DNA of 63,795 nucleotides, counting the filler, from Collodictyon triciliatum (taxonomy: Eukaryota): NCBI GenBank assembly GCA_043381765.1. It is 5 parts of 5 records of this genome, joined end to end, with 100 filler letters (N's around TTAATTAATTAA, not from the genome) between each part and the next. Parts side by side here need not be neighbours in the genome. Positions count along the whole stretch, not along the records: positions 1 to 14,479 come from JBHJMP010001812.1; positions 14,580 to 29,040 come from JBHJMP010001813.1; 3 more parts are not named here. One strand, written 5' to 3'. The position numbers and the translations under genes are program-made. Of this stretch, positions 12,856 to 23,750 are shown in pieces (position 1 is the stretch's first letter; each line of letters begins with the position of its first letter). Under the pieces are notes generated by a model. It did no database searches. It was given only the letters and a program-made list of their open reading frames with translations, and had not been told where the DNA came from.

Positions 12856-14320
12856 TTAAAACATGGTATTTGCGAATTGCACGGAGAAACTGACCGATTT
12901 GTCTTCGTCTTTAATCATTTCTGGCACACTCCCAACCTTGGGCTCTTTGATAAGGCCATTTCTACGGAAAACAATCTCAACTGCTTCGTCCATGAAGTCG
13001 TCTCCCTGATTTTGCGACTCGACGAGTATTTGTCGATAGAGCGATATAATCTGGCATGGTATGACATCTTTTAAAATAATCGAGTAACTAATATTAACAA
13101 AATAAACCAATTATGTGTGTTGTTTATTCTTCAGTTATATACATAATAGGCTGGTTATTCCTCTTTGGGAAGCACGCTGACAAACTCATGCTATTCTACA
13201 ATCTAAATGTTTTTTTTTTCATGGCATTCCTTTGAAGAAAGAAAAAAGACGAACAATTTTAACTCACGTCAAATCTGGACTTGGAACTGTCGAGCCTCTG
13301 CATTGCCACAATAAACGAATCAAGATTCACTTGGTCATCCTACAATTTTGCATTATTTTCATCAGTAGAAAAAACACGTACACATTTTCGCAAAAAGAAA
13401 AAAGAAAAAAGAAAAAAGAAAAAAGAAAAAAGAAAAAAGAAAAAAGAAAAAAGAAAAAAGAAAAAAGAAAAAAAAAAAAAGAAAAAAGAAAAAAGGCTTA
13501 CTTTCCCTCATGATGAGGATGTTCAGTATAGAATATTAATTACTTGTCGAGTTTAAATAAAATTTTTTCAAAAAAGTAGGATTTTAAATGGCAACTACTT
13601 TGTGATAAAATATTAAATGATAACTTGTTCCGTCCTGGCAGACTTTAGGAAGAGAAGCAGAGATTCATACGATTTCTCAACCCATTTGTCCACGACGGCC
13701 GAAAGCAGCATCTGGGCAGACACTTCCCTGTATATTATTTAAAGTACTGTCATCATCACTTTATTAAAAAAGAGCACCTTGCTCATGGTATAGCATATAT
13801 AGAGAAAAGGAGGATTGGTATCATAACCATAAACAGATGGAAGTTAATGTATATATTTTAAAAGAAACTAGCCTCTTCATTTTCAATTTATCTGGTGCCA
13901 TCTCCTGTAAGCTATTGAGAAACTTGCCTTGGTCTTCTTGCTCCATAAAATCTAGAAGATGCGTCACCGTATCCTTTGCTGCAGACTTTTTTTTTTATTT
14001 TTGATACAGAAAAGATGACAGAAAAGTAGTGAAGAAAATAAGTAAAATTTGAAAAGGAAGATGATTTAATTGTTGCAATATTGGTATCTTTTAACCAATC
14101 ACTAATCATGTCAAAATCAAGTGATGGTAAATAATGCAGAATTCTTGTTATTTTGCTATTAGAAAATTCAGAGAACAAGAAAAAAAAAAGCAATGATGCA
14201 AAACAAACCAAAGGAACAGGACACATCTCCTCACTATTGAATGCAAAAGGCGGTGCAATATCTGATGAACCCGGCCTGGTTGTTCTGCTGTATGGGACGC
14301 TTAGGACGCACGATGCATAT
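12856..14320 (-). CDS. Hypothetical helical protein, 3' part (possible degenerate EF-hand), truncated by scaffold end
   Basis: Spliced exons read ...KDTVTHLLDFMEQEDQGKFLNSLQEMAPDKLKMKR/EVSAQMLLSAVVDKWVEKSYESLLLFLKSARTEQ/DDQVNLDSFIVAMQRLDSSKSRFD/IISLYRQILVESQNQGDDFMDEAVEIVF... Confidence 0.6.
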
Positions 14321-14479
14321 CTAGAGGAGTAAGAGTATTTTATTTTGATTCAAAGTTGAGAAGAAAAAAGAAAAAGAACGAAGAAAAAGAAAAAAAGAAA
14401 AAAAGAAAAAAAGAAAAAAAGAAAAAAAGAAAAAAAGAAAAAAAGAAAAAAAGAAAAAAAGAAAAAAAGAAAAAAAGAA

Positions 14480-14579
14480 NNNNNNNNNNNNNNNNNNNNN
14501 NNNNNNNNNNNNNNNNNNNNNNNTTAATTAATTAANNNNNNNNNNNNNNNNNNNNNNNNNNNNNNNNNNNNNNNNNNNN
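14480..14579. other. Artificial scaffold-joining spacer N44-TTAATTAATTAA-N44
   Basis: Identical 100-nt structure at four places; the core has stops in all six frames. Confidence 0.97.
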
Positions 14580-14600
14580 ATTATTTTCCGTTTCATGTAG

Positions 14601-15569
14601 CTTTGTATCCCAGGCAATAGCCACCAAGGAAACCACCAAACATCCATCAAACTTCTTACTCAGGCCCTTGTTGATGTACTTTAGTTACATACATATGACC
14701 CTTATGTGTCTCATTTTAAAAGTTTGCAGTTATTTACATAATTATTTCATTTTACTTTGTAACTCACGGGAGAAAAAATAAAGCTTGGCCTTTTGAAAGG
14801 AACTGTCCAGGAAAACATCGAATCTAGAGTATATTCTGAACCATGATGTCATAAATTTGATAAAATATGATAAAGCTTAGCCCATCATAACATATCCTAT
14901 TGTCATGCTTCCCAGCTGTACCTATATATTTAGGACTGCGTAGTATTCATAGTGGCATACTTTCATAGAATTTCACGCGGTTTTACATGCATTCCATCGG
15001 CCATTGGTTGGGAATGGACGTTCACGACACACCAATCATTCCGACATCAACAAAGCTCGTTCCGTGCGTGAGATATACCCCTCCTCCCTTTGGTTCAAAA
15101 CCAAAGCTGTTCATAACGTGAAGCATCCAATTTATTTATTGTGCTCCTTTTCCTTCTATTTAATATTTATTTTCTTTTTTCTGTCTTTTTTTTTCTTTCG
15201 TCTTCCTTTTTTCAGTGGGATGATTGTCACTGTAGAGCCCGGCATTTACATCCCAGACGAGCCCGACATCCCAGCTGAGTAATATATAGACTTTACCTCT
15301 AAAGGATAAAAAGAGAAGAGGCAACGAAATGAATAATAATAATAAAAAAAAAAAAACAATCAACTCAGCCTCCGGGGAATTGGAATCCGGTTGGAAGACG
15401 ACGTCCTTGTTACCTCATCCGCCCCAGAGGTAAAGTAACACCACAACGCAGACCTTTCATCCCGCAACCACACGACCGGACTACCCTTTAATCCGATCCC
15501 GACCCACAGACCCTGACGCACGAAGCCATCATCGACCTCGACGCAGTCCTGCAGTCCAAAGCATCATAA
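14601..15569 (+). CDS. Xaa-Pro aminopeptidase (M24B, PepP/Icp55-like), C-terminal exons only
   Basis: RFYMHSIGHWLGMDVHD, PGMIVTVEPGIYIP, LRGIGIRLEDDVLVT metal-binding motifs; 5' end lost at scaffold edge. Confidence 0.92.
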
Positions 15570-15661
15570 ACAGAAGGAGAGAAAGAAAAGAAATAGGAAG
15601 CAAAAACGCACGCACAGAGCCCAAGCACAAGACCCCATAGAGCCCAGGAAACGCTTGCCAC

Positions 15662-16202
15662 ATGAACGCACTAAGCGCAGAGCAGAAAAAAGGGATCGCC
15701 CTCGCCTTTTCCTCGGGCTTCCTGGGCGCATGCACGGGCGTCATCGGCAAGAGCGGCCTCACGGACAGCACCTCTGGTTTGAGCCAGCCACAGAACTCTC
15801 GCACAAAGATACAAAGATACAAACACGACCAGAGTTCCTAAACCCAGCGAGAGACTCACTCGGCCTCGCATGCCTTCCACAGGGGCTCTTGTCTTGGCCG
15901 GCTTTGCCGCTGCGGCCGTTCTTTGCAACCTGTTCATGGCCAAGCTCTCGGCCCACGCCTCAAACTACCTCCCGGCTGCCTCCACGGCTGTTGCGGGCAC
16001 TGCTGCAAACATGCTTGCCTCTGTGAGTTCGTGCCTGTCTGCTGCCTTGCGGCTCTGCCCCACTAATCCGCCTTCTGCGCTGCAGGCTGTTCTGGGCTCT
16101 CTTGTGTTTGGGGAGAGTGTCGGGCCTTTGTGGATTCTCGGCTGTGGGGCGATCGTAGGTGGCCTCGTCCTGCTGCTTCCAGAGAAGATCAAGAGTGACT
16201 AG
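15662..16202 (+). CDS. TMEM42-like small multi-pass membrane protein (DMT/EamA-like), 2 introns
   Basis: MNALSAEQKKGIALAFSSGFLGACTGVIGK...NLFMAKLSAHASNYLPAASTAVAGTAANMLAS/AVLGSLVFGESVGPLWILGCGAIVGGLVLL. Confidence 0.7.
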
Positions 16203-16502
16203 AGACAGCCGTCACCTTTCTCTTTTATTTCATACGTATAAATCTTCTTTTCTTGCCTGCTTGTCATTACATAAACACACGCCACATTCTTATTTTCTCC
16301 CCTTTTTTCATTTTTCTCTTTTGTTTCTTCATTTTCTCTCCTTTGCATCTCTCTTCTTTTTTTTTCTCCTATCCAACACACATCACAGTCCAAGATGCGA
16401 GACAAGTACAGGATTTATCCCAGCAGAAAGCACAAATACAGTGGTAAATAACATACACACGCCCGAGTGGGCTCTCTCGGCAATAGTGGCAGGCAGGCAT
16501 CC

Positions 16503-19500
16503 CTAGGCGCCGGATCCACGGCGGACCGGATACATGCCGGCCGGATCCATCATCGCCGCGCTGTCTGGCAGAGCGTTTGGCAGGGACGGTACTGTGTCGC
16601 TGTGATGGGCGTTTGACCCTGTTGATCCGGTTGATTCCGCAGAGAGGCGCGGGATGGGCCGGATGTAATCCTCGGGGTTGGTGGCAAAGTCCGTCCGCCG
16701 GATTGGAGGGAGGATATGTTTGGGATGGGGCGTGGTTGGATCCGGTTTGGATCCGTCGCTCATGGACCTTTGTTTGTGTGTGCTGCTACTGTTGGCTGAT
16801 AGGAATGCCCGGGATGGGCTATCTGGGGGGCTGTGCAGCGCCGTGGATTTTGTAGGCATTTTAAGAGTTGTTTGTATGTGATACAATATGGATTTGTTTT
16901 CTTTTGTGTTGATAATAAAGACTCCTTACATCTTGGAGGGACTTGTTGGCTTTGCTGTGAGAGATTTCTTCTCCGACGTGTCCTCAAAGAGGATCATGTT
17001 TTTCTGCTCGGCATTGTGTGAAAGGCGAATTTAGTTTGTGGTGCTCGGCTAGGAATGAGGAAAAGAGTACGGGTTCCACCTTCATCGCTTCGAAAGAGTC
17101 TCCGATACGCAGGGACGGCAGTTTGTGGATTTGTGTGGCTCCTGGGATGATTTCGTCTTGGTAGCTCTTGGTAGCCTCTGTCTTTTTTGGACGGGATACC
17201 TAAATATCGCAGGGATATTGGGCATTAGAAATGTGGAACATTTAGACGGGCTTCAAAGTGTTTGTGATGTTCATCATCTTTGAAACTGAAAGCTGGGGGA
17301 GTTTCGTAATGACAATAAAATAACTGGAGAAAAGAACTAGTAGATAGAGGGCTGAAGCAATATGGTTGTGTATTTTAGCTTCTGTATTGTTGATAACAAA
17401 AAAAAAATGGCGCACTTGGAATGGTTCTTGGGTACAATAGAGACATGACATGGATGGAAGAATGGGTGGGATGTGGTCTGCAGTTGGAGACAGGGCTCCT
17501 TTTCCTTTGGTTCGGAGAATTTGGGGTGTTTTAGTCCGATAAATACGTATTGCTATTAAATTGTTAACAAAAATAACACCTATAAGATACGACTTAAGGC
17601 AATCTTCACATATGTACTGGTCACAGCAGGTAGTTCTCAGTATATCTGTATCGCAAAGTAAGGTCAGAAAATCCGGCCACAAAAGGTTATTCTGAATAAT
17701 AAATATAGATGATTATTTGTGTAAATAGAATTTCATTAAAAAAAAGTGATTAAAGAAAACCTTTCATATACAACATGCAGATTGGACAATAGTATTTGAA
17801 TACAGCGCCTTCATTTGCTGAATGGCGCTTAGGTTCGATGATTGCTCGGATAGTTGTCTCTGTTCGAAATCCAACCTCTCTTATTTGTTGAATAAATACT
17901 GCGTGTCGATGGGTAGATTCGTATTCAATCAGTTCCATAGATCTAAGTCAATAAAGAGTTGTTTTTTATTTTGAAAGGACAACATGTTTGCTATAATTCC
18001 CATCTCTAGGTAAATTTAAGTAGCTTTAACATTATTTGGACGGAAGGGATAAAGAGCGTAGTAGAACTGTTATGATGCAGTACATATTCATATGAGAATA
18101 TACATGAATTGATGTATTTATCATCGATAAGAATTACTTTCGTTGGGATAGTATCCGTAATAAAATGTATAGCAAGATTATGAATGGAACGAGAATGAAT
18201 ATGATTGATGTAACAAAGAGCGGAAATGAGGCGCTCGATGGAGCTGTTTTTCCATAACCGATAGCTGTCCCCAATATACCGCTTATTATCAACCAACTGA
18301 GCTGGTAAAAGCGAACAGACTAGAAGTAGGTTATGTAATTACAAAAAGAACAAGTTTTATTCGCACTGTGAATAGTGTAAAAGGATGTAACAAAGAAAAA
18401 CCTTCTTGAATACAACTTTTAGGTAATATTGAGAAACTATTGCCAGAGAAACTAGAAAGTAGTAAGTCCATCCGATTCCACTATTTGACATTTGATACAG
18501 AAACAGAGAAACTCCTCGTCGAATATTAAATTCAATAATTTCACTTCTCGTTAAGGCGATGTTGGGCTCCTATTCAAAGAGACAAAGAGTATGTGAAATA
18601 GTGGAGATGTTTTACTACATCGCTAACATTCCCACGATAACTGACTGATCATCTTCAATGCCATTGGCATATATATATAATAAGAAGCACACACATGCTA
18701 TTTTGAATCGAATAAAAGGAAGAAAAAAGAAGCACACACCTGTTCATTTCTCACCGCCACCATGGTGTTTGGGTTGTAGTTTGGGTCACAAAGCCTATAA
18801 TCATCGTATTTTGAACGGCCCCGAACATAGCCCGTGTCGTAAAACACGTCAATTCGATACTTCCCAACAGGTAATGTCCCAGATGCGAAAGACAAACAAT
18901 CTGATTTTTCAGAACCGAACGGAAAAAATCCTTCCTTGATAATCTGACTGTAATTGTGCGAAGCTATACATGAAATAACAACCAATGAAAACCATACCAG
19001 CGGTAAGGAATAATTAAAGTGGCGGCGGATTAGAAAATAAAATTGTGTCTGATTAATACCAAAAAAAAAAATGGTCATGGATAGCATATGCAGAATAAGC
19101 ATCACTATGAAGAAGAAAAAAGCAACTGGACAGTGTACCTATTCCGACTATCTGGCTGAAATGGTCCCCCGTGGCCACGTTGGTCCAACGAATTGAGATG
19201 GGATGGGAATCAAGACGGGGCTGAACACTCATATGCACATAGTAAAACTCTTCAGAAAAGCGGATGATTTCCCCTGCGGGCCATACGATCCGATCGGCAG
19301 GGTACATGCCCAGTGATGCGGTGAAGAGACTCCCAAGCACACCAAAGACAAGCAAGGTTGCATAGAAACCTGAGATGAGTCCGAGCCAAAGCACGCCCGG
19401 CCAGACCGAATACACGCGGAACAAACGTCCATGCGATATGTCTGCGTCACACAAGAAGCTAACACATCCAACTGTGTCGCAACAAAGTGGCTTTTCCTGG

Positions 19501-19526
19501 GAGGAATCAACAGAGGCTCGATCCAT
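16503..19526 (-). CDS. Membrane protein with C-terminal RING-type zinc finger and disordered tail
   Basis: Phase-consistent GT-AG exons link hydrophobic segments to YYCPICMLYMKD-ILRTTCCDQYICEDC...SCLYC, then LRIGDSFEAMKKNMILF and a Pro/Ser-rich tail. Confidence 0.7.
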
Positions 19527-21140
19527 CGCGACACTGCCGTTTACTCTTTCTTTGTATCTTTGAGCAGACTACTGCGATTTTGTGGAAAACTCGAAAGTTT
19601 GCAGCACGCTTCCTTCGGCGCTTTGCAGCTTATAGTATAGTCTGGATGAAGGGGTTGGAAAATAGAACAAGAAAAAAAAATTGACTCAGAATTGTTAACA
19701 CACGCAGCACGACGACTGTGTTTTGCGTGGCCTTGAAGCCAATATTGAGCAGTTTGTTTTTTGATCGTGTGTATATAGGTCGCAAGGTTCGTTCGTGTTT
19801 GCGTCTTTGGGGCTTTCGAGACGGCTTGCAAACGGGAACAAGGCTTCGGTCGCCGCCACCAGGCGCGAAGCGGTTGGGGAAACAGCGCAGATCGCAGGAG
19901 GCAGAAAGTCCTGTTCTGTGCAAAAATCCAATGATGGAATAATGGTAAACAAACCGTTCTGTTCCTTCTTTGTTTTTGCACACGCGTGTGGCACATCGTG
20001 AGCACGTGAAGATATTGTGACAACCGAGATCATGTTATCTATGTTACATATATTTATACAATATATAAAATCATTATACAATACTAAACCGGTGTGATAT
20101 CTGCTTTTATGGATAAAATATCAATAGATTATAAATTCCGCATATATTGCAGTCGAATTGGGTATCGCACAAACTAACACCAGTTCTGGGACGAAGCAAG
20201 GCAATAACAAACATCGTAACAAACTCAATGACGAAGTTGTTTATTCGAAGAACAGCACCGAAATTGGAGGATTTTGGCCTCGCCCATTTTCCTTTGCGCT
20301 ATGTTTGACCTGCAACAGATTCATCTTGGGCGGGCAGTTTCCGATTCCTGAGATTGGCGGCCGACCGCTGCAGAAACTCGTGGGTAGTCAAACGTGAGTG
20401 CAGACAGCTGAAGCCGCAAAGAGCATAAACGCTTTCTCGCATACGCTCTTTTCTTCCTTTTTCTACTTTAATTGGAACGATTGAGTCCGATTCGTGTGGT
20501 TCTTGAAGTCAAGTTTCTCTTAGCTGCAAGGGACTCCAATACTGATTTTCGTGTGTATTATGACACCCGCCACCTAAAAGAGAGATAGAGAAAGAAAGAA
20601 AAAGTCTGACCTTCTCGCCTTGTCCAGACACGATCGTCACGACATTCCAGAGTTCATGCTCTGAACGAAGGGCTAAAAGCTGGGGGGTTTTTTTTTTGAC
20701 AGCCGCTTTGACAACATCCCAGACCATTTCAGAGATTATTGCTGTCTTTTTTTTTTTTAAGTGCGCTGTCACCCCAACCTGTCCAGTATTCGATGCATGT
20801 TGGTTCATTGAAACAAATCACTGAAGACAAACAAACAAGCCACCAGAAAGAGAAAGAGAGAAGGTGTGTAGCGGGCTGGTTTCTTGAAGGAAAATAAACC
20901 AAAAATACGGGCGAGTTTTCACTTTTCTGCTGGACTTTGCCGAATACATGATCCCTGTTAGAAAAAAGCTATTACGATATAGAGACCAAAAGAAAGTTTT
21001 CTATTGAGATACAGGAGTGGATATCACACTCTCTCGGTCCTTTGCCCTAAAAGCAGTCACACAAAAACATAGAATAAGATATAAAGCAGCCGGACAATAA
21101 TATTCGAATTTTAAAGACGAATGAAGAGACTCGGCCAATA

Positions 21141-21141
<1 letters not shown>

Positions 21142-21221
<80 letters not shown>

Positions 21222-21231
21222 ACACACAAAT

Positions 21232-21280
<49 letters not shown>
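21142..21280. repeat. (CA)n microsatellite
   Basis: Visible. Confidence 0.97.
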
Positions 21281-21284
<4 letters not shown>

Positions 21285-21458
21285 GTTTTTGACTTTAATC
21301 ACAACCCTATAAACCAACCTAGGGACATTCAGAGCCTAAAGTGTTCGATCCTTTGTGCTGAAAGCAGAGAGCCCCTGTAAAAAAGCAGCAATCAGCAAGG
21401 CTTGTAAAAAAAGTAAGTAAAGAAAGCGAGAGCTATACTTTTCAGAGAAAATAATAGA

Positions 21459-22964
21459 ATGGCCTCGAAGAATGACGCTCCTAAGGTTCGTGAAGTAAAG
21501 CTGGTTTTGTTGGGAGACGTTGGTGTGGGAAAATCCTCGCTTGTCAATCAGTTTGTCCAAAACACCTTCAATCCGTATGCGGAGCCAACTATTGGGTACT
21601 TTTATTTATCATATGACACTTATCACAACTTATTGATATTGGCAAAATTGTACCTGAAATGCTTTGTCATAACACTCTCATGGATCTTTGAAGAAGAAAA
21701 AGAAAGCATAGCACTTTTATATGATCATTTTCTTATGCACATATTATTCGTCGTAATTTCAAGGTTACTCTATATGATCATATATGTATTGACTCTGCGT
21801 CATTTTACAAGTGCTTCCTTTATGACAAAAAATCTCACTGTGGATGACATCGCCATTAAGTTCCAAATATGGGATACTGCCGGACAAGAAAATACCAGTC
21901 CAATAACACAAACCTTCCTTTCAAATATATTGCGTCAACATGCCATAAAGTGTATATTTAAATAAGTTAGAATTTAATGACTACGACCATGGGGTTTCCC
22001 CCTCTGTTCTTGTCTGGTTTTTTTTCTTTTTTAAAAAACCATCACCGTTGTCATTATCATCGATTGGACCTTCAATTGTGATATATACGATACCGTGGAC
22101 TTGCTCCGATGTACTACAGAGGTGCCGCAGCTGCAATTGTTGTGTACGATATCACCCAAAAGGTTATCTGACTATCTCTTTTAAATAATGTGTAATCATT
22201 TCATTTCACATGATTTTCCTCGCTGAATCTCGCTGATGTAACAAAATAAGTGAATAAATCATCCAGGAGCAACTATTTTGTAGATTTTTTTATTTATATT
22301 TCATGCCTATATTTTTATATTTTCAAAACTCCATAATTGCTCACCATGCTTTTTTGTTTGTTTGTTTGTTTGTTTGTTTGTTTGTTTGTTTGTTTGTTTG
22401 TTTGTTTGTTTGTTTGTTTGTTTGTTTGTTTGTTTGTTTGTTTGTTTGTTTGTTTGTTTGTTTGTATGGTTGTTTGTATGGTTGTTTGGTTACTTGTTTG
22501 TGATATTTCGTATGAATACATGCCATCCAGACATCATTCCAAACTCTGCAAAGATGGGTTAAAGAACTGAGGACGCTTGGACCTGAAAACATTGTGATTG
22601 CAATTGCCGGAAATAAGGCAGATTTGGAAGAAAACCGAGAGGTCGACACAGAAACTGGACGCCAGTATGCGGATGAAATCGACGGACTCTTTGTCGAGAC
22701 CTCTGCAAAGACGAGTCGAAATGTGAATGAGATGTTTGTTGAGATTGGTAAGATATGATTATGTGTGTGTGTCCCTCTCTATATTTCATTTTCGAAAGGA
22801 TTTGATGAACAATATATGATTATATTCATACTGAATGGCTGTGATAAACTCTTTTCTTAGCTCGCAAACTGCCTCTGGAAGCACAACCAACAAAGAAGCC
22901 TGGTAACATCAAAGTGGACGTGCCACCACCCACAAAGACAACAACAAGTGGCGGTTGCTGCTAA
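21459..22964 (+). CDS. RAB22: Rab GTPase, Rab22/Rab31 subfamily (Rab5 supergroup); 5 exons
   Basis: [86 protein letters not shown], C-terminal GGCC prenylation site. Confidence 0.92.
21892..22088 (+). other. AT-AC intron (minor-spliceosome-like) in the Rab gene
   Basis: Removal of ATACCAGT...GACCTTCAATTGTGATATATAC restores GQE-A|GA-TAC (GQERY); no GT-AG pair fits. Confidence 0.88.
22351..22463. repeat. (TTTG)n microsatellite in Rab intron 3
   Basis: Visible. Confidence 0.97.
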
Positions 22965-23750
22965 TTAGCAAGTGTCTCTGAGAAAACAAAGGTGATTCTT
23001 TTGTACATGCGCCCTATGTTTTCAAAAGGACATTGAAAATAAGACCATTCATCTATGAATAAATTCCAGCCAAGTGTATATAGAATTATAATGAGTCTAA
23101 CGAATGATGTAAAGTGATCGAGATTGACGGTAGAAGCTACTTACAATAAGAAAAAAAAAACCACCAACCATGTTTGTAAAAACTCATAAATCATACCTAG
23201 GGCTATAACCAAGGTGATAAGAGGCCCTGAGCTAATGCAGTGGTTTCTTTGCGGCGGGGTTATATTTTCCTCTCCTTTACTTCATTCTCTTTCTGCTTAC
23301 TTTGCCTGGCTGATATCTTATCATACTGTTGATTATCCGTTTATCTGGATTAATTTCATCGGTCACCCTCTCTCTCAGTCGCAAAGAGGGTGGTTGATTA
23401 GAAAGGTTTGCTATGCAGAACAAGCTCACTCGCGTTCCCTATCCATTTTTCCCTTCGCCTATTCGATGTTCCCCTTTGTGCCTTCCCCTCATTTCGATAT
23501 CACAACAACAACCAAAATAAATAAATAAAATAAGGCAATTAATCAAAAAAAAAAAAAAAAAACGGCAAAAGAATGAGTCTTGCATATCGTTTCCAAGAAA
23601 ACAACAAATGAAAAAACAAATACAAACAAACAAACAACTAGGACGCGATATTTTTTTTTTTGGGAGGTGGCTTAGTTTATCCAAAATAAGGTGAAGGAGA
23701 GAAAGAAAGCAAGAATGCCAGGAGAGAGATTGAACTGAGAACGTGTGTTG

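Noticed and set aside
13980-14090. Possible second ATACCA donor on the minus strand
   Set aside because: An upstream ATTA|GTGATT donor has the right phase and no AC acceptor fits
14524-14535. Palindromic TTAATTAATTAA as a biological site
   Set aside because: Always flanked by exactly 44 N each side; artificial linker
19795-19970. GC-richer intergenic stretch resembling a structured ncRNA (GAAAGTCC, GGGGCT)
   Set aside because: RNase MRP/P motifs are in the wrong order and no other support is visible
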